The translations under genes and the position numbers were made by a program. Below are positions 26,501 to 40,230 of a stretch of 64,000 bases of DNA, one piece after another; within the stretch, counting starts at the first letter, position 1, and each line of letters opens with the position of its first letter. The DNA comes from Octopus sinensis. Lineage: Eukaryota. Where the stretch lies: positions 11,222,001-11,286,000 of the forward strand of contig NC_043022.1 in the NCBI RefSeq assembly GCF_006345805.1, written 5' to 3'. Below the pieces are notes generated by a model. That model was not told the origin of the DNA, did no database searches, and saw nothing but the letters and a program-made list of their open reading frames with translations.

Positions 26501-28129
26501 TTGAACTACAAGCTACAATTATTCTTCTATTATACTGTCATATCACCATTTATATCACATAGCTATTATTGTATTGCTGCTATTTCATGCTAACAATCCA
26601 TGTTTTACATTTTGTCTTATGGCAAACAGTCTTTGGAAATTATTTATTTTCATGTTTCCATATAATTTTTTTGTGACATTGGTTAAAATTAAAAGTTATA
26701 GAACAGAATAGTAGACAAGGGGCAAAAAGAGGCAGACAATATTAATAACAATGGATAATAGTAATTCTTTTACTGTTTGACATGTGCAGAAAAGAAAAAA
26801 ACAAAAACAAAATGACTTCCAAACACTAGCTGCTTGTTTTTGTAGATTTAAATGGAATTTATCCTTAGCAAAAAAAAAAAAGAAAAAAAAACCCTCACAT
26901 AAAAATAAATGGATAAATAAACAAATAAAATATGATCAGATTGTATAAGACTAAATAATATTAAAATTAGCTATAACATTCATTTCATGTGTATGAATTT
27001 ATAACAGCACACACATTTGTTTGAAATACAGGCAGTTTCTGTGGTAAAATACTATAGACACATACACACAGGGTGTAAGAGATATTTCAGGACATATGGT
27101 AGTTTAATGAAATAACTCTAATCTAGGAAAAAACAACTGCATTTTAATAAAAATTTGTGTACTCTCTCAATAAGCTTTCTTACAAGATTCTTCTATGAAT
27201 CTGACTAACTTCAATGACTGCTTCAATGTGGACTGGAATAATTGATATGTCTACACCAAATGTTCTTATTCATTTTGGATATTACCCAGACAATAGAATG
27301 CATCACTCTGGGGGCATCAGAAAGAGCTGCACACAATTGTCATTTTTATTGTAAGGCTTAAGGTCTTGGTTGAAGATGTTCTCATCAGAGAAGAACCAAA
27401 GCATGCCACATTTGCAAAGGTTTTTAACCACAATGAGTAACTGCTTGGCATGAACCAAATGGTCTTCCTGCAATCCATCTTAAAGAAAGAACAGAACATA
27501 CTAGATAATGTAGTTATTTGATTACTGTGATGTTCACTCAAAGTTGACCAAGAGCAAAGATTAAGAACAATTCCCTAAAATCTAAAGAGATAGATTCTAG
27601 ATTGGTTGTAATAATGCCTTAAAAGATACTTTGAAAATATGATACATTTGTTCATAGTTTGTTATTTATTTAGGTAAAAATGGTATTTCTTTGAACTAGA
27701 ATAATACTCCTTCATGATAGAAACTATATTTCTTTATTCTAGGACTATAATTCTTTGTACGGGAACCATGTTTTTAACCTAGAACCACCATTCTTTATTC
27801 TAGGATCATATTTCTTTGTATGGTTAACAAATTCATAAGTACAGGAATGACTGTGTGGTTAAGGAGTCTGTTTACCATTATCAAGATTGTGAGTTCCACC
27901 CCACTGTGGCACCTTAGGCAAATTCCTGTTTGCCCTGGCCTAATCAAAGCCCTGTGAGTGGATTTAGTAGATGGATTTGGAAACTGAAAGAAGCCTATCA
28001 TATGCATATATTTATATATTTGACATGGGTGTATATGTCTCCTTGTTTTGGCATCATGTGATGCTTATAAATAAGTGTCACTGCCATTCAAGATGTCCAG
28101 CTATGGAGAAATATTACTTTGCTTGGAAT

Positions 28130-29305
28130 CAGGTGACAATTGGTGACAAGGGTGTCTGGCCCTTAGAGTACCTGCCGCAACAAATTCTGCATGATCTATG
28201 CAAGTATGGAAAAATAGACATTAAAACTAGGGGAGGGGGGAGTGTACACACTCATGGGTGTGAAACTTGGACTGTGAATGTGGGGGACATGTGAAGACTG
28301 GAAAGAAATGAGGCTAGGTTGCTGTAATATCCTTGTCTATGTGTACAGCAAAAAAAAAAAATGTGTCAGTAGAACAGTTAGACATAAAGGCAACAGATGT
28401 GTTGCAAAAGAAAACTGTTGGTGTAATCATGTGATCATCATCATTTAATGTCATCTTTTATGCTTCCATGGGTGATGTAGATAGATGAAGACAGTTACAT
28501 AAAAAAAAGAATTGATTGCTAAATGTGGATAGAATCTGTGGAAGAGGGAAACCCAGGAAGATGTGGAATGAAATAGTGAAGACTGATCTCAATATGTTGA
28601 GCTTCACAGGGAAATTACAAAGGACTGAAAGGATCAACATTGTTATGCTTAAGACACACCCATCTCACTAAAAGTGAGGTCCTGTCAAATTTCCCCACCA
28701 CAACTCATGTAAAGATGGTACAACTCAGTTTTTGTAAATGATATTTATTCACCAACACTTCACATTGTATCCCTATTACTGTCTGTTATTGCTTCCAAAT
28801 CCTTGACCCACTCCCTATTTCTGTCACTTCCCACCTGACTGATAGTCACCATTGACCATGCCTCTACTGTGTGTCCCATTCACTGAATCCACCCCTGTCA
28901 TTAATCATCTGTCACATTCCTATTCACTCTCTTGCAGACTTAATTACCCAACTGTTCCTCTATCCCTATTCTTTCTCTTATATTCACCTTGAACCCTGAG
29001 GCTATGCCCTCACCATCTCTCTCTCTCTCTCTGGGAAAACCATATATCTCCTCTTGAACAAGACACGTATTCTTGTCTATTATGCTTCCACCTCCTCCAG
29101 GGTTCTTGTCTTGTGAGTTACTTGGTGACCTTACTAGTGCCAGTGTCACAATAAAAAAAAACCCAGTATACTAAAGTATGGGATTTGAAAGGGCATCTAG
29201 TTGTTGAACCCATACCAAAAAAGACATTGATGATTGGTGCAGTCCTCTAGCTTGTCAGTTCCTGTTGAACAGTCCAACATGGGGAAAAGAATGTTAAACA
29301 ATGAT
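28130..29305 (+). mobile_element. Decayed RTE 3' fragment with tail
   Basis: HGCETWTVNVGDM*RLERNEARL, GRGKPRKMWNEIVKTDL, then 3' UTR and tail motifs ending aatgttaaacaatgatg. Confidence 0.68.
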
Positions 29306-29640
29306 GTGTGAGTATGAGTGTGCATGTGCACATATATGTGTGTGGATGTGCACATATATGCAAGTGTGCTTGTGTGCATATATATGTGCTTGTGTGCATA
29401 TATATATATGAGCATGTGCATGTACATGTGTGCATATATACGTGCATGATATATTGTGCATTTGTGAGCATATATGTGTGCATGTGCATACATGTGTGCA
29501 TGTGTATGTGAGCATATATCTATGTATAGGTAGTAATGCTGATAAACAATTAAGCTTGACATATATACATACACACATATCCACATATATTCAGAAACAA
29601 AATACACGTACACGCACATACATACATACATACACACATT
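29305..29640. repeat. Degenerate (TG/CA/TA) microsatellite field
   Basis: Alternating purine-pyrimidine sequence that produces the spurious His/Cys/Met-rich ORFs. Similar fields lie at 7375-7448, 11480-11530, 14560-14925, 16950-16988, 17268-17415 and 44565-44760. Confidence 0.9.
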
Positions 29641-31802
29641 TAACTGGAGCATTAAAAAATATGAAGAAAATATGTAATTTCTTAACTTGACAGCTGTTAC
29701 AGGAAGCTCAAAGTTACGTAGTAATCATTATAGTCATAATTTGCAGATGAAGTATGCAATGCCAAAACGTCATGGGTATACAACTGGTAACCAGTCACAT
29801 GGAGATGTTACAATATATATATATAAAATATGCTCTGAGAACATGCTGATCTTCAGAGCATCATTGTTGTAGGGCCAGGCTGTATTGAAGGTTGTCTCAT
29901 CCAATTACTGTTTGGAGATTTGTCTACTTATATTATAAATTATATTCCTAAGGTGGGTAACTGGACCTCTTAACATAGTATAGACTTTTATTAGGCTTGA
30001 AACTGCTAGCTTTTAGATTTAAGTTAACGTCTAAGAAGCTGACACTATTGGAAGACTATCTAGTAATCTAGTAATTTTTGAATTCATACAGTGGATGAAT
30101 GAGATCTTTCCCAGGTCTCTCTAGCTTGCGCCCACTCACATTATATGGAATATTCAATTCATTGTCCTGTATACACTTGCACTCAAGTTTAGGAATTATG
30201 CTATGCTATAATCATATTAGTTTATACGAGTTTAATTTGTAAGGTGAACCTCTAATATGGTCACTCAACCTTCTAATAATAGCTCTAAATCTTCAAATCA
30301 CATCCTACCATCTTAAGTTTTCATTGGTTTATGCAGTTCTTGATATAATGAAACTACATCTTGGTTTCGAATCTATTGTTTTTCACTCTCACAATGTTGC
30401 ATTAAATACACACATTTTGTCTCTGGGAAATGGTTAAAATTTAATTTCTGTGATTTAAATAATAATTACATTTTAAGGAGTGAAGGTTTTCTAAATTCTT
30501 TAGAATGAAGCACACTCAGCTATGGACAACAGAATCTACCTCAACCATCAAAACTTTGCTAGAATCAGTGTTAAACTACTAATTTATGTTGTCATAGCAC
30601 TTTTTCATTTGCAGTTCTGTTTCAAATTTCTCTGAATTAAACTTCCAGATCAGCAAAGTATATACTTCTCAGTTTAATGAAATAAATGCCAGTGTTATTT
30701 TGCTGTTAAGGTAACTAATCAGAACTTGTTCTCCATAAAAATAAAAAAGCTTTTGTGCTTAGGATTAAATTTATCTTAGTACAAAATAATATCTTCAGAA
30801 CAATGTTACCACCTGATGCACCTGCTTCCAATTTAGTACTGTGTTCTATATGATGCATCTGCCTCTTCTCCTATTAGTCCTATTCCTGCCTTTCATATAC
30901 AAAATTCTGTATTAAAATCCTAAAACTTGTTTTGCATTTTGAGGTTTCATGAGATATCTCTTAATCAGAGCTAAAGAGTTAACATTTCCTCACTCCTCCT
31001 ACTACTACTCAAAACTACAGACATCTTTGGTTGCTTGGCCTGCTATAAATAGGAGCTAGATCTCCAAATCACATCCTACCATCTTAAAATAATGTACATT
31101 ATTGATTAATGCAGCCTTAAATGTCAGAAAAAGAAGTAATAGATATGCATAGATAGGTTTCCTCAATTAGGCTAACTTGGGTTTAAATAACAAGAACAAA
31201 TTTCTGGAATTATGAATAGTTTTCTCTGTAGACATCATGAAGCTATGAAGTTCAAGTTGTATATCAACTGAACTGACCACACCAATCTGAAAAGGCCTAG
31301 AGGCTACAGACATTACCCTGCTTTCTTAGATTAAATACATCTTAAAGTATCATATTCTTCATATAAAAGAGAAATTAATTAACTAGATGACAAATTCATA
31401 GTCTGTAAAGCACATTATATTTCAACTTTCCTCAATTTGTATTCTAGTTGCCTAAGGTAGTGAATTTACTGAAGAATTAATTATACCTACTATTTCTATG
31501 TCATCATTATCATCACTATGGTTGCCATCCCTGTCACATTTACATAAATTTATTTTAAATTTCACAAATAATGTAAGCTAGAAATACTACCAACTGTACT
31601 ATTTGTAACCAAGAAATAAACTGAAGTAGCAAAACTAAACTACAGATCAAAGAAGAATATAGCAAAGAAGATTGAATGCATAAGCTATTTGCTTTATATA
31701 ATTACATAATGGAAATATAGGAATCAGATGTAGTGCACAAAGAAGACACAAATAAGTGATATGCATGGAGGAGAGTAGCTGTATGAAGTTCCACATACTC
31801 AC

Positions 31803-31883
31803 AGTGACTGGAACTAGTGGAGAGCTTAGGGGCTAAGGAAGACTTAAGCCAAAATGGTAAAGACAGATCTGATGTTGCATCTT
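31803..31883 (-). CDS. Candidate internal exon (81 nt, phase 1-1), product unknown
   Basis: Acceptor tttgttgtcatttcaag, donor gtgagt, and one open frame (EDATSDLSLPFWLKSSLAPKLSTSSSH). No recognisable homology. Confidence 0.25.
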
Positions 31884-33910
31884 CTTGAAATGACAACAAA
31901 GGATTAAGCAGTAAAAATGGTCATGCAAGGAAGAATGGTGTTTTTATTATATTGTTTTGGATATGGAAAAAAAGCACAGAATAGGCCTAACATCAGGAGT
32001 TCATGTTTAAACATCCACCTGTCTCACACCAAGATACATGGCCCATGGATTCTTTTAATGGATTCCATAATATTGCAAACTTTTAAACCAGGTCTCTGTT
32101 CTGAGAATAACTTTCTCTCTTCCTCCCACCAGCCTCAGAGGCCCTGAAAATATGGGTGTTGCACTTCCTCTTCTGACTAAGCCATAAAATGTTAATTCAT
32201 AACCTCAGCTCTCTATTTCAAGTTTAAGTAGACCTATTATAAAGAAAATAGCTGATTAAGCAAAAGTTTCCATTGGCACTGCTAGCTATGGCCATCAAAT
32301 TAGTTTTAATGAGCTGTCTTAAGCGGTAACACATATTGGTTTTCTTTTTAAGGACAGTTTTTTTCCCCAAGAAACCTGACTGCTTCATTAAACATTCTCA
32401 ACTATTTATTAGCTTTGTTTCACTGGTTCAAAATACTTACTATAATACTACACATACAAAATTTTTGTCTATGATACAATTAGAATTGTTGTTGTGCTGT
32501 GCAATCTACACAATTATGTTATAATAGAGAAAGACAGTTTTCTAGTATGGTGAAGTGTGCTATATATGTATGTATGTATCTATGTATGTATGTATGTATG
32601 AATATAAATGTTTTTGTGTATTTGTACTTAGGTGTAAGTTCACTCAAGTGTAACCATACATTCCAACTTATTTACTAGCTTCCTTTCCCTATTTCCTACA
32701 ATAATCATTCAAAAAAAGTCTTCAATTTTTTGTCGTGTACATGAATAAAGCCTGCTTGGTGGTCATATAATTTTGAATGTCTGTGTCCTCATTTCGGCTC
32801 TATTTCCCAATTTCCCCACCTTACCTGACTCCTTCCGTATTCTATTATTTCCTCTGAGCAAAATGAAAATACTTTATGACATACAAATATACATATCGCA
32901 AATGTCCCCACAGTGTTTCTATTTTCCCCATATAAACCACATACATAAGTGAAACATTACTTTTGATTACCAATTTTCTTATTTTCTGGTTATTTGCTTT
33001 ATAATGTATATTTCTATAAATAGCCAAGCTGAAACAAATTTTTTTTTTAGCTTCTATCAAAGTTGACTGAGTAGAGAATAAATAGGGTATATTCCACATA
33101 CTGTAGATTATCTAAATTAAAACAAAATATCAATAGCATTCAATAATTAAAAAGTACAAGAAAATAAATCTCTCTATAAAATACCTTTTACAATATTTAA
33201 ACTAAAGTTGAAACTATAAGTCATAAGAACCACAATTTACATAAAATCTAGTGGGGTTTTTTTTATGACAGAAAAAACTCTTAATAGTTCAATTTACTTA
33301 TATATACATAATCCTATGTGTAAATATGGTCATCACTGTAGAAAATAGAATCATTGCATAGTTTACAGATATTTTGGTTAGCTTACAGTGTTGAGCTCAA
33401 ACATTTAAATCTGGAAAAGGCAATGGTAAACCACCTCAAAATACTCTCCTTTAACTCATCATTTGAAAACGATGTCTTCAATGATATGCTAGTAGCTCAA
33501 TGTGAATGTGTTACAGAGCATCTGTTTCATAAATATAATCATAAAATTTTCCCACCTGCAATAGTTTTAATGACTGTTGTAGGCAATCTTTTGAAAGTGT
33601 TTTAGATGAAATTGCTACAGTATATTCCTCTTGTTCAGCTATCAATAATTGTTGGAGGTTTCTATTTTGAAAGACAGTTATCTTGACCTTGATGTCTGAT
33701 ACAAATGAGAAGTGACATAGAGAATAGAGTTTTAGCCACTGACAAAATGTATTGTATGTTTTACAAACATGTTTACATGCATCACTTACACTTGATGAAT
33801 ATTAAGATTAAACTTACAGCCAGTTGTGTAGTATGTTTTACAAGTAATGTTTACACATCACTTTTCTTTGATACTGGAGGTCAAGGTTGGCACAATTACC
33901 TTTCAAACTG

Positions 33911-35178
33911 TACGACATGCTATCAAAAAGTTCAGGAACTAGTTATATTTAATAAAAAATACCTTATTTACCTATGTTTTAATATATCCTTCAAAATAGT
34001 CGCTGGTCCCAGAATTCCTGCCCCTTTTGGAATTCGACATGAAAGTAATTTTCTGTGAGTTGAGGACCTTCTGCAATTCACTCTTGATCTCAACAACAGT
34101 GTTAAAATGGTGACCTTTGAGTTGTATTTTCATCTTGGGGAAGAGATAGAAGTCTGCCGATGCTAAATCTGGTGAATATGTCACGTGCAGAAATGATACC
34201 ATGTTGTTTTCAGTGAGAAACTCATGAGTGAGGAGAGCTCAGTGACAGGGTGCATTGTCAGCATGAAGAATCCAATTCTTCATGTTCCATAGGTCCAATC
34301 TTTCACTGAATGTCCTCCCTCAGCCACTTCAAAACATCACAGTAGATGATCTGGCCCTGATGAACAAATTCTTGATGCACAATACTGCAGATGTTGAAAA
34401 AAAAAAAACAATGAGCATGTTTTTGATTGAGCTGCAGTTCTGTTGTGCCTTCTTCAGTTGTGAAGATGATGTGGGTCTTCCAGTGTAACATCTGTTGCTT
34501 CATCTCAGCATCATACCTGTAGGCTCAACTTTTATCACTGGTGATGATCCACAACATGAAGAATGGGCCATCAACAGCATGCTGACAGACTTTGACATGA
34601 TGTTCTTTCTGCTCAGTGGTTATCAGGAGGGGAACAAACTTGGCAGAGACACACTGCATGTTTAATTCAGGTGTTAGGATTACCTGCATGGACCTATACG
34701 ACAGACCAACAACATCAGCAATGTTGTTGATTGTTCTCCAATGATCCTCATGCACAAACTGATGAGTTTTCTCCACATTCTCAGGGGTTACACTTATGAC
34801 AAATCTTCCAGATCATGGATCGTCTTCCAGAGATATTCTTCCACTTTTGAAGCTTCCATGCCACTCAAAACATTGCATGTGACCCATTGCCTCACTGTTG
34901 TAAGCAAGTTCGATGTCCCTGTAACAGACTTTTCAAGTTTAACACAAAATTTCATGTTGGCACTTTGTTCTAACTTCCTTTTCATAACAAAATGACAGAC
35001 TACTGCATACATGTGATCACAAGAACACAAATTTCACAACTTGAAGTAAACACAATAATGTCACTTAGCACACTACCTCATGAAGGCTGCTGCCAGCTCT
35101 TGCTGCACACGCAACTCTATTCTGTCATCTGTTGGCATGCAACAGAACTAGTAAAGGAACTTTTGAAACCGCCTTGTA
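33911..35178 (-). mobile_element. Decayed mariner transposon, DD34D
   Basis: Minus-strand fragments MKRKLEQSANMKFCVKL, VSAKFVPLLITTEQK (WVPRLL-like), IITSDKS, LHADNAPCH and YSPDLASADFYLFPKMK, with exactly 34 residues between the last two Asp. TA-bounded imperfect TIRs: tacgacatgctatcaaaaagttcaggaactagtt and tacaaggcggtttcaaaagttcctttactagtt. Confidence 0.9.
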
Positions 35179-36015
35179 CATCTCTGACAAGTATAACCCA
35201 ATTAATCTAGATCTAAAAGTGAATAAATGATAGAGGATTTCTACAGTTCAAACAAATAGATTCAAATTTGCTTAAATTCCAAGTCAACCTGACTGAGCAG
35301 ACTTATGATCAGAATCATTTTAGCTATGGCCATTCAATTTTTTCTTAGGTGTAGTGGACTCAGGACCACATTGTCCACTGTTATTTTCCTTATTCGCTTA
35401 AATAATGGTAATGTCAATTCTGAAGTAATTTAACACATTTGTAAATATCATAGTTTAATCCATTAATTATCATTTAATATTGCCAAATCAAGTTTTCATA
35501 AAAATGAGTTCATGAAGGAAGCAAGAAGTCATATGCTTAAGGCAAAAACCTATATCAGAGATAAAGTTTTATTAGTAAAATGGGAACAGTGAGAGTGAGG
35601 AAAAAAATAACTGAAGAATAAAGGTAAGGGAGAATAAGAGAGATTTAACTAGTGTTGGTAAGGGGCAATGGTCAAGTAAGAAAATACAAAAAACATCAGC
35701 AGATTTGAAAACCTTGAGAGGAGGATGTAATGATAGGGAAATACTATAGATATATATAATAAAGACACACACGCACACTCACATATATACGTACATGTAA
35801 ATATAAGTGCATATGTCTATATTTAAACAATACAAACACAATTGTACAACCACAAAATATATTTATTCAAATAGGATATTTGATATAAATTTTGAAAGTT
35901 AAGAAACCATGACTATGTTTAGTGCATGAATACTCCTTGATGGATGGTTAAGGTGTATAATTCATTAATCCAATAGTTTTCATTAAGATGCAAACACAAA
36001 TATTGTGCATACAAA

Positions 36016-36133
36016 CAGAGGAGTAGCAAGAAGGGGAGTAATAGCACAAATTATATTCTGGTCTGTCATATCAGTTAAAATGAGGCGCCCAAAGTGTCTA
36101 CTCCAGGTACTGATATCCTTTGCTATACCTCTG
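36016..36133. mobile_element. 118-bp hAT-type MITE
   Basis: TIRs cagaggagtagcaag and cttgctatacctctg (reverse complement cagaggtatagcaag). The 8-bp TSD catacaaa / catgcaaa matches at 7/8. Confidence 0.7.
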
Positions 36134-39100
36134 CATGCAAACCAAATTTTTAACTAGCTTAATTTTTTAACTCAATTTTTCACCCTTGAAATAATACTAT
36201 GTATACATATTTTTTCAGTCTTTTAGTTAGAGGAGGAAGGGTAGTGGGCCTCACTCTTTTCAGGACCTCCAAGACTGGAGACTAGGTCTAAATAAATGCT
36301 TGTAAAACAATAGGCTTCATTAAAGGCACTAAGGACCAGGTGGTGGCATTAAAACAAATGTAATGAATAAAATGCAGCTTGTAATAAGCTTCATTTGACT
36401 GGTGTATATTATAGTTTATAAAAAGAATCTATTGTTGTAAGGTATAAAGTTTTGAACTGTAACAGATTAAAATTTTTGCTTTAATATGTATCTTCCAAAT
36501 AATGTGCGTGCATGCATGTATGTGTGTGTGTGTGTGTATAGATAGATACATATTAAATTCAATAATGAATTAAAAGCGGTGCTAGTGTTGTAAACATTAT
36601 TGACTTTACATACTCATGTATCTGTTTTGTTTCCCAGTTCATTAGTGGGATGACTCCCTCATACTGCAGTGGACAGGCAATCAAATAAAACACAAACAAT
36701 GTATGCAGTTTATTTATATATATATACTTGGTAACTTGTGTCTGCAGTTTGCCATCTTTTACAACCATTTTGTTCAGTCTTCCTGGTAGATATCAATATT
36801 TTAAAAGTAGTAAAAATATCCAACTGTCATATTCCTGGCTCTCAACAATTCTCAAACTTACAGAAGACAGTTCTACAAATGTTAATTGGTATAAAAATAT
36901 AAGCATGAAATAAAACAATCTTATTTTACACATATATTGTTATAATGATTAACATTTGCGGGACAGTTTTCTAAAAATTTGAACAGTATTTCACTGTTAG
37001 AGCAATTGATTTTGCAGCTGGATGCTTTTACTACTATCAAACAGGCGTGAACAATGAAGGTAGCAGCAAGCAGAATGTAATTTTCGTATGTAAGTAACTC
37101 AGTAGTAATAATTAGTCCATATTCAACTCAAAGATGTTTGGGCACACTAATATTTACAAAGTGTAGCAGAGCTTAGATGTGAAATCATGTTAGCTGAATA
37201 ATAAGAAATAAACCACAGTATGTCAAGTGACTTACTTTGAATTCTGATCAATTGTATTTCAGCTGCTCTCATTCAATTGTATGATTTTTGAATGGAAATT
37301 TCGAAGAGTTTTTCACCTAAATGTGGTCATAAATGTAGAAGCACAGGACAATCATTGCAGAAGTTGAGAGGTCTCAGAGAAGCTGAGCAAACAGGATTCT
37401 AAGTTGATTGTTCAACCTTGGGTTAAAACGACTCACTTTGTCTACTGTGAGCACAAAATTCTCACTGTACCATGCACTAATACAGGACATTCTTAATTCT
37501 CAACCCTCACCTACACAAAGATGTAGCTATCTAATTCTTGGCCAACATATATACATAACTCTCTACTGTTTGTCAACAATATTGCCTCCAGCAAGTAACT
37601 ATTGTAATCATTATATTTATGTATAAATTTTTGGTTTCCTTGAAAACTTCAAATGGACTTGGTTTTAATATGGATAACAACACACGACGTAATCAAATAT
37701 CAATAACCTAACTAAGAAGTTCTAAAAAAATAAAGAAATCATTAAATGCGAGTGGAGCAGAGTTTTAAAGTCTTATAGAATCGGTAGTATTTTAGAAGGT
37801 TTAAATGAGGCGCATTTGTATGAATTACTTTCAGAAAAATTGATGCTTTCCACTTCGTCATCACATAATTGATTATTGCATTTTTTAATGTTTTAGTCAA
37901 AGGAGGAAAGTGAGAGCCATTGACTTTTTCAGAGCTTCTAAAGTTGTTGGAAAGAGAGGATGAAGTTAACAGCAAACGAAAGACCTTATATGAATGCTTG
38001 CAATAGAGTGGACTCCACCAAATGAACCCAAGACTAGTGAGTAGTGTTAAACCAGGGCAATAGATAATCAACCACTTAAGAACAGAAACAGCTATCCTTC
38101 CAACAGGCTCTCTCAGTTTTTTAAGATACTGCATAGTTGGATTGAACTTGAAATGATATGGTTGAAAAACAAACATAGCCATACCATCATGTCTGAATCC
38201 ATTATGATGACTCAGGAAATATCAAATTATTAAAATTTGTATTTACTAAGTTACTATTTCTAGTAAATTGAACAAATGTACAGAGGCTCCTTTATCTTGA
38301 TTTATTTGCTAGTGTTGTTCAAGATTACCATTGGCAGTGTAATTAGGGTACCAGATACCAAAGAAAACACTCAAAGAGTTTGTATCCTGTCAATGGTATT
38401 GCACTGTGTTCAAGGACAAGACACTCAACTTGCATTGGAACACTCCACTTAATTATGATAGGCTTCAAGTGTAAGTTGTAGGTGTTGCTGTTTAGTCCAA
38501 AGTCAACTTTATTCAAGCAAGCCAGTCAAATGCATTCCAGCCATAATCAGCCTATTTTTCCCACCAGACAATGGCTACAATATCCAGAGTGTCTTTTTTT
38601 TTAAGATTGTAGCAGGTGGCAAAGATTTAGCCGCTATTTCTAAAAGATTAGGAAATCACTCACAGGGCTCTTCATTGGCTGAGCCTTGAAGTACTAGTGT
38701 ACATTACTATAAATACTTTGAACACTATAATTAATGTACTATTTTGTAACTAAAGATCTTGTATAAGGATGCATAACAAATATAGCTCAATTCAGTTTTA
38801 AATAACTTAACTATCAAAATATGAAAATGAACTCAATATGACTGAGTGACATATTCAGAGTCAAACTTTTTATGGTTTCAAGCTTTTCCTGTGTTTACAT
38901 AGCTTTTCTTTTCCTTTACAATCAATAAATTAACAGATAAACTATAATGGAGCCCTTTTAGTTGAGCAATTTTTGAGATAAATCTCTCTATGCAGATGGA
39001 AAATCAATAAGCATCATTTCAATACTCACAAAAGAATTTATACATTCAAAATAAATTACCAATATGCTTGTGGTGAGAATCATAGACGCATCTTGATGAA

Positions 39101-39904
39101 AGGTTAGATTTATATAGTCTATTAATACAATTCTTAGCTTTCATTAGGAAAGTAGACAAGAATATCAACCACTCACCCCAATGACCACCAGCTTTGTCCT
39201 CTTCATTAGTGATTTTAAATCAATTTTTCTTCTTATGCCTGGCAGGGATTAATTAATTCTACCACACAACAACTTCTACTTGTGTCTCTCTTGAGTCAAG
39301 CACTGTATTAGGTCCAATGTTGTCAGACTTAATTTCCCAAGTTTACTGTGATCTGAGTAGTCTATTTCTCTTGTGCTAGCTTTGATAATTTAAGCTTTGA
39401 GTAAATATTAGTGAAAGAAAACTTATATGTATCTGTGTAAAATATGGGACTAAATTTATGTCTTGGTTTAGCACAGATTCCTGAGCAGATAACAGGCAAT
39501 CCTTTATAGACATGAAATTAAAATGTTTACTTCACACTCACTGAAGATCATTGAATTTTACAGTTAATTATATGAAATAAAAGCATTGTTTAAATCAGTT
39601 ACCTATAGATGTATATGGTAGCAGGATTAAGGTCCATTATAACAGGCTAATCATGCTACTCTATGCAAGTATTGAAAACACTGAATCCTATGCATGCAAA
39701 CTACTTTGTGTGTGTGTGCACATGCACACGTGTGCACATGAAAGTTACATGTCTTTGCATTGAAACTCAGTGGGCAATAATGATGTTAATTTTGTTAACA
39801 ACACATTCTGTAGTTTGGTGGTTTTGATGTGTGAAGACTAATGGAATAGTAAATACCTTACTTAAAAAATAGGTAGGGAAGGTAACAGGAAATTCCTCAC
39901 CATT

Positions 39905-40230
39905 TTCATGTTCACTTTTCCATGCTTGCATAGGTTGGATAGGCCCTCACCAATACAGTATTTCTGCATTGTTATGCTTCTTTTGTCACCAATTTGTTAG
40001 GTTCAACATCCTGGGATCAGCTTTCACTACTTGTGCCCATGTCCTATGACTTTTTTTTTTACAATTGGATCTCTTAGCACTTTTTTTTTTACCCATCTAC
40101 TATCATTTATATGCATCACTTGTTCATAACAATGCAATTATCTTGGTTACTGGCTTGCTTAATTTTTCTCCAGACTTTGCATAACTGCTTTCAAGGTCCA
40201 CATCTCAATGTGTAGCATCATTTGATACAA
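39905..40230 (-). mobile_element. Short decayed RTE C-terminus and tail
   Basis: Reverse tail motif ttttccatgcttgcataggttggat followed by degenerate similarity to the RTE C-terminus. Confidence 0.5.

Noticed and set aside
27065-27700. Possible further Tc1-like fossil starting cagggtgt
   Set aside because: No matching right TIR was found and the transposase similarity is too faint to call.
29197-29690. His/Cys-rich ORFs of up to 151 aa (also 17171-17647, 44466-44854, 63257-63970)
   Set aside because: Microsatellite and SINE read-through.
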